Shown one piece after another: positions 1 to 8,990 of a stretch of 64,000 nucleotides of DNA. Position 1 is the first letter of the stretch. Each line of letters begins with the position of its first letter. The position numbers and the translations under genes are program-made. The stretch spans positions 242,659-306,658 of the forward strand of contig DATIBO010000006.1 in the NCBI GenBank assembly GCA_035457485.1. Reading direction: 5' to 3'. Origin of the DNA: Candidatus Saccharimonadales bacterium. GTDB taxonomy: Bacteria > Patescibacteriota > Saccharimonadia > Saccharimonadales > EFPC-124. Below the pieces are notes generated by a model. It was given only the letters and a program-made list of their open reading frames with translations. It had not been told where the DNA came from and did not search any database.

Positions 1-396
1 AATTCGCGAGCCAACCTGCAATATAATGCCACCACCAATATCGGCCCTCGCTGAAAAATTAAGCAAAATATTAGGACTAACTTGCTGCCGGAACCAGCTG
101 GTAATTTGCTGTTTCACTCCGTTTGTCGGAGGTGCCGAAAGTATTATATTGACCGTTGGAGATTTTACCAAAAAAGCTTTTAATTGCTCTTTTAAGCTCT
201 CTAGTTCGTCGGTGCTGCTGGTTTTTACACCCATGGCGCTAAAAACTTGAGCTAACCCGGTTGGCGGCAATGGTGTTGGTGTACTGCGCGCTTTGCTGTC
301 GCGAACACTGCTTATATAGCGGTCCAGCTCAAAAATAGCTAGGTTTATAAGATCGGGCGAATATAGTTCGGTCGGAATCGGAGCTTGAGTGTTCAC
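1..396 (-). CDS. Partial CDS (first 132 codons; 3' end lies beyond the window start): possible F-type ATP synthase delta/OSCP-like subunit
   Basis: Absent from the ORF track because there is no stop in the window. Hand translation of the minus strand from GTG at 396..394 stays open to position 1. That GTG overlaps the upstream TGA as GTGA. The visible end ...NILLNFSARADIGGGIILQVGSRI closely resembles the OSCP/delta C-terminal signature. Confidence 0.4.
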   Translation of the reverse strand, partial: MNTQAPIPTELYSPDLINLAIFELDRYISSVRDSKARSTPTPLPPTGLAQVFSAMGVKTSSTDELESLKEQLKAFLVKSPTVNIILSAPPTNGVKQQITSWFRQQVSPNILLNFSARADIGGGIILQVGSRI

Positions 397-992
397 GCTA
401 AAATATCTTTCTTAATATCTTGCTTGTGTTCTTCGAGCTTTTGCAAAATTACACCAATTTGAGCATTTAAATCAACATTGCTGCCAAGCGATTCGACTAT
501 GTAGCTCGAAATCACATCATTTATTCGCGCATTTAACAGATCAACGCGCCTTTCGTGCTCGGCTATTACCTGTTTTTGAAGCTGCTCCACCATTTGTTCG
601 CGCTGCGTGTCCAAATCTTTTTGCAGTTTGCCAAATTCAGTAATACTTTGTTCACGTAACGCCTGTAAGCTTAGCTGATACTTTTGAAACTCTGCGTTCA
701 AAGTTGTATTGGTCATTTCTTCTACGTGTTCAGCGATCCTACTGATTGCCCCGTTGATTGCTCCCTGGATTTTTTCGGCGCCTTGCTGAGTGGATTTTTG
801 CAGTTGCTCGATTGTTTGTTTTTCAATTTCGGCTGTGTCGATTTCGGGTAGAACTTTATCGGCGTTAACTTCTACATGGTAAACTCTGGTTGTGTTTGCA
901 GGCTTGCCAAAGGTGGCTCGCAAAATAAAAGCAACTGCAATAAGGGCTACTACAACTAGCGCAACAATTATTGTAATTAAAAGTGAGTCCAC
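393..992 (-). CDS. N-terminally membrane-anchored coiled-coil protein; possibly ATP synthase F0 subunit b-like
   Basis: 199-aa ORF. It has a single N-terminal TM helix (LLITIIVALVVVALIAVAFIL) followed by a long Q/E/K-rich helical region. Its end overlaps the start of the OSCP-like ORF, which is the b-delta order. Confidence 0.45.
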   Translation of the reverse strand: MDSLLITIIVALVVVALIAVAFILRATFGKPANTTRVYHVEVNADKVLPEIDTAEIEKQTIEQLQKSTQQGAEKIQGAINGAISRIAEHVEEMTNTTLNAEFQKYQLSLQALREQSITEFGKLQKDLDTQREQMVEQLQKQVIAEHERRVDLLNARINDVISSYIVESLGSNVDLNAQIGVILQKLEEHKQDIKKDILA

Positions 993-1001
993 CCAATCCC
1001 C

Positions 1002-1826
1002 TTATGTCGTTAATATAAAGTATATTGCAATAACCGTTAACAGTAAAATACCCAAAACAATTAAACCAATTTGCCACAAGCTTTTGTAAACGGCGTGCTC
1101 CGAAAGTGGGTTACGACCAATTGAGATAACGCTCGATTTAACTGATGAATAAAGCAAAATTGCCATAGTAATAAGTGCCACGAGCAGGATTAAAAGCGCT
1201 ACAATAATTCTAACCGGCGAGACTTGACGGCCGGCAACTGTGCTTGCAAGATCGTTTAAAATTGGCGGCAAGTTGGTCTGCTCGGTCGGGGTTTGGTAAA
1301 AATTCACGCTCACCTGGACGGGAATTTTATTTATCATAACCTTTTTACGGCTACCGTCTTTTTGGGTGATTGTTTGTTCGACCGCTCCGTCCGTCGAAAA
1401 GTTGGATTGCGCAGTTCCTAAAATAATGTTGCTCTCAAGCGTTTTCATGCCAACGCCGCGGATTGGCGATGTTGTGATTTTATCTCCTGTCTGAATTGTT
1501 CCGCTCATATCGCTAACCAAAGCGTAAGTTACGCCACTAGTCACCACCTGCACCTGCACCTGTTTGTTGTCGCTATCGAGCTCAAGTAAAGGGCGATCAT
1601 CTAAAACGCCAACCAACTTTTGTGTGTTTGTTGGGTCGGCCAAGGTTACGGTATCGGCAGTATTGGTCAAGCTCATCAAGGCGCCAGGTGCTAGGTTCGT
1701 GTCGCTGGTTTGGAATCCGCGGGCTATTGCCGTATTGGATTGCGCATGTAACAAATTAGAAAACAGAGACAAAGCAATTAAAGCTACGCCTAACAGGGGT
1801 AAAACATATCTTTTAAAAATTACCAA
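1002..1826 (-). CDS. Secreted/membrane protein: signal peptide, ~190-aa extracytoplasmic domain, C-terminal two-helix hairpin
   Basis: 274-aa ORF. N-terminal signal-like segment LPLLGVALIALSLFSNLLHAQS. The C-terminal TM-loop-TM has a loop SVISIGRNPLSE. Confidence 0.6.
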   Translation of the reverse strand: MVIFKRYVLPLLGVALIALSLFSNLLHAQSNTAIARGFQTSDTNLAPGALMSLTNTADTVTLADPTNTQKLVGVLDDRPLLELDSDNKQVQVQVVTSGVTYALVSDMSGTIQTGDKITTSPIRGVGMKTLESNIILGTAQSNFSTDGAVEQTITQKDGSRKKVMINKIPVQVSVNFYQTPTEQTNLPPILNDLASTVAGRQVSPVRIIVALLILLVALITMAILLYSSVKSSVISIGRNPLSEHAVYKSLWQIGLIVLGILLLTVIAIYFILTT

Positions 1827-1882
1827 ACCATTAACCCTTACTGCTAATGATTATATCTTTTTAAAAAATAAAATACAGTTGA

Positions 1883-2431
1883 TTAATTTACGTCAATTAA
1901 CTTATGAACCCTAGCATTCTCTAAGCGTGGGGTATCGTAAAATTCTGTCGGTTTTTGACCATTTGCAATAATTTGCAACATTCTGCCAACATTCATGTGG
2001 CACACGATGAGAATGTTTTTGTGTTTTGCTTGCGGTAAAATATCTTTTAAAAAATGATTAAGCCGAGCATGCAAATGTTCTAATGATTCTATACCTTTTA
2101 CAGTTTCGGTCTCGGGGAAGTTTCCGTTCATTCGTGGATTTTTGGCGTAGCTTTTGTTCTCGAGTTCGCCTAAGGCGCGCTCTGTTAAATCTGGATCAAT
2201 AATAATCGCCGAATCTGGGTAACCAATTTGGTTGGCAATAATTTTTGCTGTGTCCTTGGCGCGCTCAAGCGGTGAGCAAACAATAAGGCCAATGTTTAAA
2301 TCTTTAATCAGATTACTGGCATGTTCAGACTGGTGTTGGCCTACTGAAGTTAGTTTCGACTCCTGCTTGCCAGTTACAACTTTATTAGCATTGCTTTGAC
2401 TTTGGCCGTGGCGCATATAATAAATAGTCAT
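1883..2431 (-). CDS. Histidine phosphatase family protein (phosphoglycerate mutase-like)
   Basis: N-terminal YYMRHGQSQSN (RHG catalytic motif) and a downstream CHMNVG histidine. Confidence 0.75.
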   Translation of the reverse strand: MTIYYMRHGQSQSNANKVVTGKQESKLTSVGQHQSEHASNLIKDLNIGLIVCSPLERAKDTAKIIANQIGYPDSAIIIDPDLTERALGELENKSYAKNPRMNGNFPETETVKGIESLEHLHARLNHFLKDILPQAKHKNILIVCHMNVGRMLQIIANGQKPTEFYDTPRLENARVHKLIDVN

Positions 2432-2449
2432 GAATCAATTGTACACCTG

Positions 2450-2478
2450 TTACTGATAATGCGTTTAAATGGTATAAT
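2450..2478 (+). promoter_or_regulatory. Putative sigma70-type promoter for yebC-ruvCAB
   Basis: TTACTG, a 17-nt spacer, then TGgTATAAT (extended -10, TATAAT at 2473..2478). AAGAGG Shine-Dalgarno lies before the ATG at 2502. Confidence 0.4.
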
Positions 2479-2501
2479 AAGTAAAAACTAAGAGGTTATT
2501 T

Positions 2502-3215
2502 ATGGCTGGCCACTCAAAATGGGCACAAATTAAACGACAAAAAGCAATAACCGACAACAAGCGCGGTGCGGCTTTTACAAAACTAGGCAACACAATTGCC
2601 GTTGCGGCGCGTGGTGGTGCTGATCCTGATATGAACTTTACGTTGCGGCTTGCTATAGATAAAGCTCGTGCGGCTAACATGCCGGCGGCCAATATTCAGC
2701 GATCGATTGATCGTGGGTCGGGCAAACTTGGCGGCGCAGCCATTCAAGAAGTTATCTACGAAGGTTATGGCCCAGGAGGCACCGCGATAATTGTTGAATG
2801 TGCCAGCGACAACTTAAACCGAACTTTGCCCGAAGTTAAGTTGGCGTTTAGTAAAAATGGCGGGAACATGGCCGAAAAAGGCGCTGTAGCTTTTCAGTTT
2901 GAACGCAAAGGTATGATTACGGTAAAAGGCAGTGGCGATGATCTGACGATGCAAGCAATTGAAGCCGGCGCCGAAGACATTGTCGAAGAAGGCGACGAGT
3001 CTATCATTTACACCGACCCCAAAGAGCTGGGCAAAGTGCGAGACGCGCTAATTGGCGCGGGAGTTCGGGTGGTGGAAGCCGAGCTTACATTTAAGCCGAT
3101 CAATACGGTAAAAATTGAGCAAGAGGAAACCGCGAATAAGGTCATGAAACTGCTTGATGCATTAGAAGACCTAGAAGATGTTACCGCAACTCACGTTAAC
3201 TTTGAACTAGAATAA
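2502..3215 (+). CDS. yebC: YebC/PmpR family DNA-binding transcriptional regulator
   Basis: MAGHSKWAQIKRQKA N-terminus and full-length family-typical sequence; precedes ruvC. Confidence 0.9.
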   Translation: MAGHSKWAQIKRQKAITDNKRGAAFTKLGNTIAVAARGGADPDMNFTLRLAIDKARAANMPAANIQRSIDRGSGKLGGAAIQEVIYEGYGPGGTAIIVECASDNLNRTLPEVKLAFSKNGGNMAEKGAVAFQFERKGMITVKGSGDDLTMQAIEAGAEDIVEEGDESIIYTDPKELGKVRDALIGAGVRVVEAELTFKPINTVKIEQEETANKVMKLLDALEDLEDVTATHVNFELE

Positions 3216-3682
3216 TGCGAATTTTGGGGGTAGACCCGGGAACTGGAATAATGGGCTTTGGGGTTGTCGAGGGCAAGCTCAAACATAAAATGATTGATGC
3301 GGGCGTAATTCGTACGGCAGTTCATCAGCCAGAGCCAGAGCGGCTCGAGATTATTTTTGATTCGTTAAACGAGATTGTGGAGCTTACAAAGCCTGATGTG
3401 GTTTCGGTGGAAAAACTGTTTTTTGCGCGCAATGTAACTACCGCCATGACAGTCGCACAGGCGAGGGGAGTGGTTTTGCTTGTAGCGCAAAAGCAAAAAC
3501 TGCCGGTTTTTGAATATACCCCGATGCAAATTAAACTTTCGTTAACTGGTTACGGTAAAGCTGATAAAAAACAAGTTCAAGAGATGGTTCGCTTGCTACT
3601 CAACTTAAAAGTTGTGCCAAAGCCAGATGACGCCGCAGATGCTTTGGCGGCTGCACTAACGCATATGTCGGCGTCGCGTTAA
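3215..3682 (+). CDS. ruvC: Crossover junction endodeoxyribonuclease RuvC
   Basis: MRILGVDPGTG start, 155 aa, C-terminal DAADALAAAL. Start overlaps the yebC stop. Confidence 0.9.
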   Translation: MRILGVDPGTGIMGFGVVEGKLKHKMIDAGVIRTAVHQPEPERLEIIFDSLNEIVELTKPDVVSVEKLFFARNVTTAMTVAQARGVVLLVAQKQKLPVFEYTPMQIKLSLTGYGKADKKQVQEMVRLLLNLKVVPKPDDAADALAAALTHMSASR

Positions 3683-3721
3683 TACATTTGTCGTGCGACC
3701 AGTCTGCGATATACTAACCCC

Positions 3722-4291
3722 ATGATTGCACATGTTTCTGGGGAGATTGTAGAAAAAACAAATAATTCATTAATTATCGATGTAGGCGGAATTGGCTACG
3801 AGATTCAGGTTGCTAGTACAGATTTTGAGTCTGTTAAAAATGGTGATCGCGTCAAGTTCTATACGCACGACCATCTGCGCGAAAATGCGCATGAGCTGTT
3901 CGGATTTTCGCAACTGGCGGCTAAGCGACTTTTCGAAATGTTAATTTCAGTTTCGGGGGTTGGTCCAAAAATGGCGCTTGCCATTTTGAGTTTGGGCGAT
4001 ATCGAGGCTACGCGAAGTGCGATTGCTAACGCAGACAGCTCATTTGTCCAGCGCGCAAGTGGCGTGGGTAAGCGTTTGGCTGAGCGTATAACGGTTGATT
4101 TGCGCGATAAAGTTGGCGCACCCAGCATGGCTTCGGCTACGCTTACAGCTTCGGCTGGCGACGATGCCCTAGATGCGCTTTTAGCTTTAGGCTATGGCTT
4201 ACAGGAGTCAAGTGAGGCTTTGCAGGGAGTTGATTCTTCGCTAGACGTTCAGTCAAGGATTAAAATTGCACTGAAGGCTATTACTATCTGA
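3722..4291 (+). CDS. ruvA: Holliday junction branch migration complex subunit RuvA
   Basis: MIAHVSGEI...GGIGYEIQV OB-fold start, helix-hairpin-helix region VSGVGPKMALAIL, located between ruvC and ruvB. Confidence 0.9.
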   Translation: MIAHVSGEIVEKTNNSLIIDVGGIGYEIQVASTDFESVKNGDRVKFYTHDHLRENAHELFGFSQLAAKRLFEMLISVSGVGPKMALAILSLGDIEATRSAIANADSSFVQRASGVGKRLAERITVDLRDKVGAPSMASATLTASAGDDALDALLALGYGLQESSEALQGVDSSLDVQSRIKIALKAITI

Positions 4292-4369
4292 GCTAGAGCG
4301 CGGAGTTAAACTCTTAGTTTAGGGTATATTAAAGAGCCGGTTTCGCGTTTAACCCCAAAAAGTGCAATA

Positions 4370-5401
4370 ATGATCATGATGATCGACCGAATTGTAGATA
4401 CCTCAGCCGAAGAAACTCCCGAAGAGCAGATTTTTGAAAACAGCCTGCGACCAAAAGATTTTAAAAGTTACATCGGCCAAGAGCGCCTAAAAACTAACTT
4501 AAAATTAGCGATAGACGCCGCAAAAAAACGTGGCGAACCTATTGATCATGTACTTTTATATGGTCCACCAGGTTTAGGCAAAACCACAATGGCTGCTGTA
4601 ATCGCCAACGAAATGGGCAGCAACATCAGAGTTACTAGCGGTCCTGCCGTGGAACGTGCTGGTGACCTGGCAAGTTTGTTAACTAATTTGCAAGACGGTG
4701 ATATTTTATTTATTGATGAAATCCACAGATTGAATCGTGTCGTGGAAGAAGTTCTGTATAGCGCGATGGAAGATTTTAAGCTAGATATTATGCTTGGCAA
4801 GGGTCCGAGTGCGCGCAGTTTACGCTTGGATTTGCCCAAGTTTACGGTTATTGGGGCAACCACCCGAACTGGTAATTTGGCGGCACCCTTGCGTGATCGC
4901 TTTGGATTGATCCATAGGCTTGAATTTTATAAACCTAACGAAGTTGCACAGATTATTACTCGTTCAGCTGAGATCCTAAATGTAAAAATCGGCAAAAACG
5001 CCGCCGATGAACTAGCCAAAAGGTCACGTTTAACTCCGCGAATTGCTAATCGCTTGCTAAAACGAGTGCGTGATTTTGCAGACGTAAATGGTGATGGAAT
5101 AATAGATGACGATATTGCAACCAAAGCCCTGAAGCTTTTAGAGGTTGACGAGCTTGGGCTTGATCCAGCTGACAGATTGCTGCTAGAAAAGATTATTGAA
5201 AATTTTGCTGGTGGTCCGGTTGGTGTAGAAACCCTAGCAGCTATAACGGGCGATGAGCGCAGTACGATAGAGGATTTTTACGAACCCTACCTAATGCAGA
5301 TCGGACTTCTTGAGCGTACACCACGTGGCCGCAAAGTGACGCTTAGGGCATATACTCATCTGGGGAAGACCCCTGTAAGTAACCAAATAGAACTGGTATA
5401 A
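4370..5401 (+). CDS. ruvB: Holliday junction DNA helicase RuvB
   Basis: [13 protein letters not shown], Walker [10 protein letters not shown], Walker [11 protein letters not shown]. Confidence 0.95.
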   Translation: MIMMIDRIVDTSAEETPEEQIFENSLRPKDFKSYIGQERLKTNLKLAIDAAKKRGEPIDHVLLYGPPGLGKTTMAAVIANEMGSNIRVTSGPAVERAGDLASLLTNLQDGDILFIDEIHRLNRVVEEVLYSAMEDFKLDIMLGKGPSARSLRLDLPKFTVIGATTRTGNLAAPLRDRFGLIHRLEFYKPNEVAQIITRSAEILNVKIGKNAADELAKRSRLTPRIANRLLKRVRDFADVNGDGIIDDDIATKALKLLEVDELGLDPADRLLLEKIIENFAGGPVGVETLAAITGDERSTIEDFYEPYLMQIGLLERTPRGRKVTLRAYTHLGKTPVSNQIELV

Positions 5402-5410
5402 TGTAAGTAA

Positions 5411-6148
5411 ATGAAGAATCAAACACAGCATCACACTCGCGACCTAGCAACAGGGCACTCCTCTGTTCATCCGCATGGGAGTTATAAGCCGGCCCCACCT
5501 TTAAGCGGAACGGGTCAGGCCGACAAGCCTGAGGATTCGCTTGCGTCGGAGATTCAAGCTAAGCACGAGGAGTCAAAAAAACGCTATCCAGAACTCTCGC
5601 TTTCGCGCAACGAGTATGTGATTGAGTCGATTCGTCGTCACCCAATCGGCTTGGTTTCGATCTGGGCTTTGGTTATATTTTTGGTTTTAATTGCATTGTT
5701 CGGCTTGGTGCTTTATGAATTTAGCCGCCCGACTCTTTCGGAGTCTTTTGCAATGTACGGTCAGCTTCCAACTGCTATGTCGCTGTTCCCAGGGGTACTA
5801 TTGTTAGATGCCTTCTTTGTTTTGGGTGGAGTGATTTCTACTATCGTCTATAACGGCAACCGTTTTTATCTTACAAACGAAAGTATTTTCCAGCATGTGC
5901 AAAGCAGCCTATTCTCCACTCGAATGCAGGTAGTTAACCTCATAAATGTCGAAGATGCCAGCAATGATCAAAAAGGTATTTTGCAACAGGTCTTAAACTA
6001 CGGAACCCTGCGGCTCTCTACTCAAGGCGAAGAAACAACCTATCACTTTTATTACGTAGCCAACCCTAAACGAGTTGTGGGAGTTGTTAACGAAGCGGCA
6101 GAAAGAGCCGTTATGCGACTTGAAGGTATACCTGTTAACGAGCGTTAA
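5411..6148 (+). CDS. Membrane protein with bacterial PH (YdbS/YdbT-like) domain
   Basis: His-rich N-terminus, two TM helices, and a SIRRHPIGL segment before TM1 typical of bPH_2 proteins. Confidence 0.5.
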   Translation: MKNQTQHHTRDLATGHSSVHPHGSYKPAPPLSGTGQADKPEDSLASEIQAKHEESKKRYPELSLSRNEYVIESIRRHPIGLVSIWALVIFLVLIALFGLVLYEFSRPTLSESFAMYGQLPTAMSLFPGVLLLDAFFVLGGVISTIVYNGNRFYLTNESIFQHVQSSLFSTRMQVVNLINVEDASNDQKGILQQVLNYGTLRLSTQGEETTYHFYYVANPKRVVGVVNEAAERAVMRLEGIPVNER

Positions 6149-6537
6149 TTGCGGCTGATCTTTACAAAGTTGGCTTCGTTGTCTAGTAGGGCGACTAACG
6201 TATATCCCCTACATTTTCCCTCGACATTGCAGCCATACGGTTCATAGCGTAATGTACTGGTTGCTTCGGTTATCGGAATGCCAGCGGGATCGGTTAAAAG
6301 ACTCGGAGTTAGTCCTTTGAACTGTTCTAGGGTTATTACTTCTGGGTAGAAGCCGTAGGTTGGGTAGTAAATAGCTTCTAGGTTGTGATACAGGGTATTG
6401 GCAGTAGTTTTGCGCTGAGTATCGAGATTGGCGGTTACTAGATCTCGCTTTTGAAAGTAGAAAAAAGCGCCTGCTGCAACAATAACAACGATTGCGATTA
6501 TAATTTCTAGTGCGGTAAAACCATTTTGATTTTTCAT
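6145..6537 (-). CDS. Type IV pilin-like protein (prepilin N-terminal cleavage/methylation motif)
   Basis: MKNQNGFTALEIIIAIVVIVAAGAF gives a G/FT-x-x-E class III signal. C-terminal Cys pair (GCNVEGKC). Confidence 0.8.
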   Translation of the reverse strand: MKNQNGFTALEIIIAIVVIVAAGAFFYFQKRDLVTANLDTQRKTTANTLYHNLEAIYYPTYGFYPEVITLEQFKGLTPSLLTDPAGIPITEATSTLRYEPYGCNVEGKCRGYTLVALLDNEANFVKISRN

Positions 6538-6608
6538 ATTTGCTCCTATTTAATTCTAATGCATGTAGGGTCAAACGCAAAAATGTAGATAACAGATTTA
6601 AAAAGATT

Positions 6609-6637
6609 TTGTTTTTAGGGCCAGCTGTGTTTATAAT
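6609..6637 (+). promoter_or_regulatory. Putative promoter of recA
   Basis: TTGTTT (6609..6614), a 17-nt spacer, TATAAT (6632..6637). GAGAGAGGG Shine-Dalgarno lies before the ATG at 6663. Confidence 0.4.
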
Positions 6638-6662
6638 GCAGCAATGAAAGAGAGAGGGTAAA

Positions 6663-7694
6663 ATGGCAGATTCGACTAAGAAAACTGACTCCAATAAAAA
6701 AACTGATGAAGGTAAAATTAAGGCGCTTGGCCTTGCAATGGAGCAGATTGAAAAACAATTTGGCACTGGTGCAATTATGCGTTTGGGAGAACATCAGTTA
6801 GCTGATGTTGAATTTATTCAATCTGGCGCGCTCAGTTTGGATTTGGCCTTAGGTGGCGGTTATCCAAAGGGTCGTATTATTGAGATCTTTGGTCCAGAGA
6901 GCTCGGGTAAAACTACTTTAACGCTACATGCGATCGCCGAGGTTCAAAAGGCTGGTGGAACAGCAGCTTTTATCGATGCCGAGCATGCGCTTGACCCAAG
7001 TTACGCACGAAAATTAGGAGTAGACACCGATAACCTATTAATCAGCCAGCCGGATAACGGTGAGCAGGCGCTGGAGATCGTTGATACTCTGGTTCACAGT
7101 AACGCGGTAGACCTAATTGTGGTGGATTCCGTTGCAGCGCTAACCCCACAAGCCGAAATTGAAGGCGACATGGGCGATAGTCATATGGGCTTGCAGGCAC
7201 GATTAATGAGTCAGGCGTTACGCAAATTAACTGGAATTATAAACAAAAGCAAAGCCACGGTTATATTTTTGAACCAGATCCGCATGAAGATTGGGGTAAT
7301 GTTTGGTAACCCAGAAACTACAACCGGCGGTAACGCTCTTAAGTTCTATGCATCGGTTCGCTTAGACATTCGAAGAACCGGTCAAATCAAAACTGGTGAG
7401 GATGTAATTGGTAACCGCACAAAGGTTAAAGTTGTCAAAAACAAGGTTGCTCCACCTTTCCGTAATGCTGAGTTCGACATTATGTACGGTGGCGGAATTA
7501 GTACAACAGGCGACGTTCTTGATTTAGCTGTTCAACATGGCGTAGTAGATAAAGCTGGCGCCTGGTTTGCCTATAAAGATGGCAAAATTGGCCAAGGCCG
7601 CGAGGCTGCAAAAGCTTACTTAAAAGAAAATCCTAAGGTTTTGGCCGAGATAGATAAAACCGTTCGCGCAAAAGTAGCAACCGAGGAAGTTTAG
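6663..7694 (+). CDS. recA: Recombinase RecA
   Basis: [17 protein letters not shown], Walker [32 protein letters not shown]-type L2 region. Confidence 0.97.
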   Translation: MADSTKKTDSNKKTDEGKIKALGLAMEQIEKQFGTGAIMRLGEHQLADVEFIQSGALSLDLALGGGYPKGRIIEIFGPESSGKTTLTLHAIAEVQKAGGTAAFIDAEHALDPSYARKLGVDTDNLLISQPDNGEQALEIVDTLVHSNAVDLIVVDSVAALTPQAEIEGDMGDSHMGLQARLMSQALRKLTGIINKSKATVIFLNQIRMKIGVMFGNPETTTGGNALKFYASVRLDIRRTGQIKTGEDVIGNRTKVKVVKNKVAPPFRNAEFDIMYGGGISTTGDVLDLAVQHGVVDKAGAWFAYKDGKIGQGREAAKAYLKENPKVLAEIDKTVRAKVATEEV

Positions 7695-7695
7695 C

Positions 7696-8340
7696 TTGGT
7701 TCAGGCTCATTCTGCTGGCCGGGACGAGCCTGTTACTAAAAAAATAACGGGTCTAAAAGTACAGGTCAAAAATCTTGAGCGGGTCTCGGTATTTGTTGAT
7801 GGCAAGTATAGTTTTTCGCTTAACCAGAACCAGCTTTTGGATTTAAAATTACGAGTCGGGCTGGAGGTTACCGACCAGGAAATTGAGAATTTTAAACGAG
7901 CCAGTGACTTCGGTAAAAATTATGAGCGTGCGTTGATTTATGTAATGATTCGACCACGATCTACTAAAGAAGTTCGCGATTACTTTAAGCGCAAAAAGGT
8001 TGATCATAACGACGCAGAATTAATAATCGATAAGCTTAAGGCTAAGCGATACTTGAGTGATGAAAACTTTGCCCGATCATGGATTGAAAACCGAAACTTA
8101 GGTAAAAAAACCAGCGCTCGCAAGCTAAAAATGGAGCTAAAGCAAAAAGGCTTGAGCGAATCCTTAATTAACGAGGCGTTAAGCACTAGTAACTTTAGTG
8201 AAGACGATGCCCTGAAAAACTTAATTGCAAAAAAACGAAAAAATGTAAAGTTTGCGGCTGATCCGCAAAAGTTAATGCAATATTTAGCCCGCCAAGGGTT
8301 CGGGTTTGATGAAATAAAACAAGCTATGTTTCAGGACTAG
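7696..8340 (+). CDS. recX: Recombination regulator RecX
   Basis: TTG start 1 nt after the recA stop. 214 aa, helical-repeat composition and position typical of recX. Confidence 0.75.
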   Translation: MVQAHSAGRDEPVTKKITGLKVQVKNLERVSVFVDGKYSFSLNQNQLLDLKLRVGLEVTDQEIENFKRASDFGKNYERALIYVMIRPRSTKEVRDYFKRKKVDHNDAELIIDKLKAKRYLSDENFARSWIENRNLGKKTSARKLKMELKQKGLSESLINEALSTSNFSEDDALKNLIAKKRKNVKFAADPQKLMQYLARQGFGFDEIKQAMFQD

Positions 8341-8341
8341 T

Positions 8342-8914
8342 TTACTCCTGATTGTGTGCTACGTCGGGCTGCGGACGACCCCTAAAAGACGAGTCAATTA
8401 TGTGACGGGCGCCAAGTGCACCTTCCTTTACTGATGCAGATTTAACAACTATGGCGTTGTCGTTAATTTCTATAATTTGCGAACGGTCAATTATATGTTC
8501 TGTTGTGTGTAATGCCTGAAAAAATCCAGGCTGGACATGAATCTTAATAATAAAAAATGTATTAGTCTCGATAGAGTAGCTAGATACTTTGCCAATTTTC
8601 TTACCAGAATCGTCAATCACCTTCATGCCAACAAGGTTAAAGTCAAAATCAATAATTTGCTGGAGCCTGACAAGGTCTTCAGGCGACATAATATCTTCGG
8701 CGCTGTCAACAATCATGCCCATGCTGCTGACTTCGCGGATATCATCCGTGTGCAGGACGGCAGGGTCGATATCTAGATTGGGTCCTTCGCAGTAGTAGGC
8801 GATAACATGAAGTTGACGAGGGTCGACAATCGCTTTGGCAAGTGTAGCCAGTTTACGACCGGTCTGGAGACTTACGACTGGCATCGTTAGGATTTTATCA
8901 TTTAGCAATAACAT
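8342..8914 (-). CDS. PRC-barrel domain protein (two PRC-like repeats)
   Basis: MPVVSLQTGRKLATLAKAIVDP... and MKVIDDSGKKIGKVSSYSIE... segments resemble tandem PRC barrels. Confidence 0.5.
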   Translation of the reverse strand: MLLLNDKILTMPVVSLQTGRKLATLAKAIVDPRQLHVIAYYCEGPNLDIDPAVLHTDDIREVSSMGMIVDSAEDIMSPEDLVRLQQIIDFDFNLVGMKVIDDSGKKIGKVSSYSIETNTFFIIKIHVQPGFFQALHTTEHIIDRSQIIEINDNAIVVKSASVKEGALGARHIIDSSFRGRPQPDVAHNQE

Positions 8915-8990
8915 AATTTGATTATACTTTAATCCACCCTGTTAAAGCCATTAGCGTTATGTGGTTATTTTTTATACAATATAAGTAATC

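Noticed and set aside
26-250. 74-aa plus-strand ORF at the window start
   Set aside because: Antisense to the open minus-strand frame that carries the OSCP-like signature. It has no Shine-Dalgarno and an odd Cys-rich composition.
6242-6766. 174-aa minus-strand ORF spanning the pilin gene and the recA promoter and start
   Set aside because: It overlaps two well-supported genes and an intergenic promoter, and has Ser/Arg/Asn-rich low-complexity composition.
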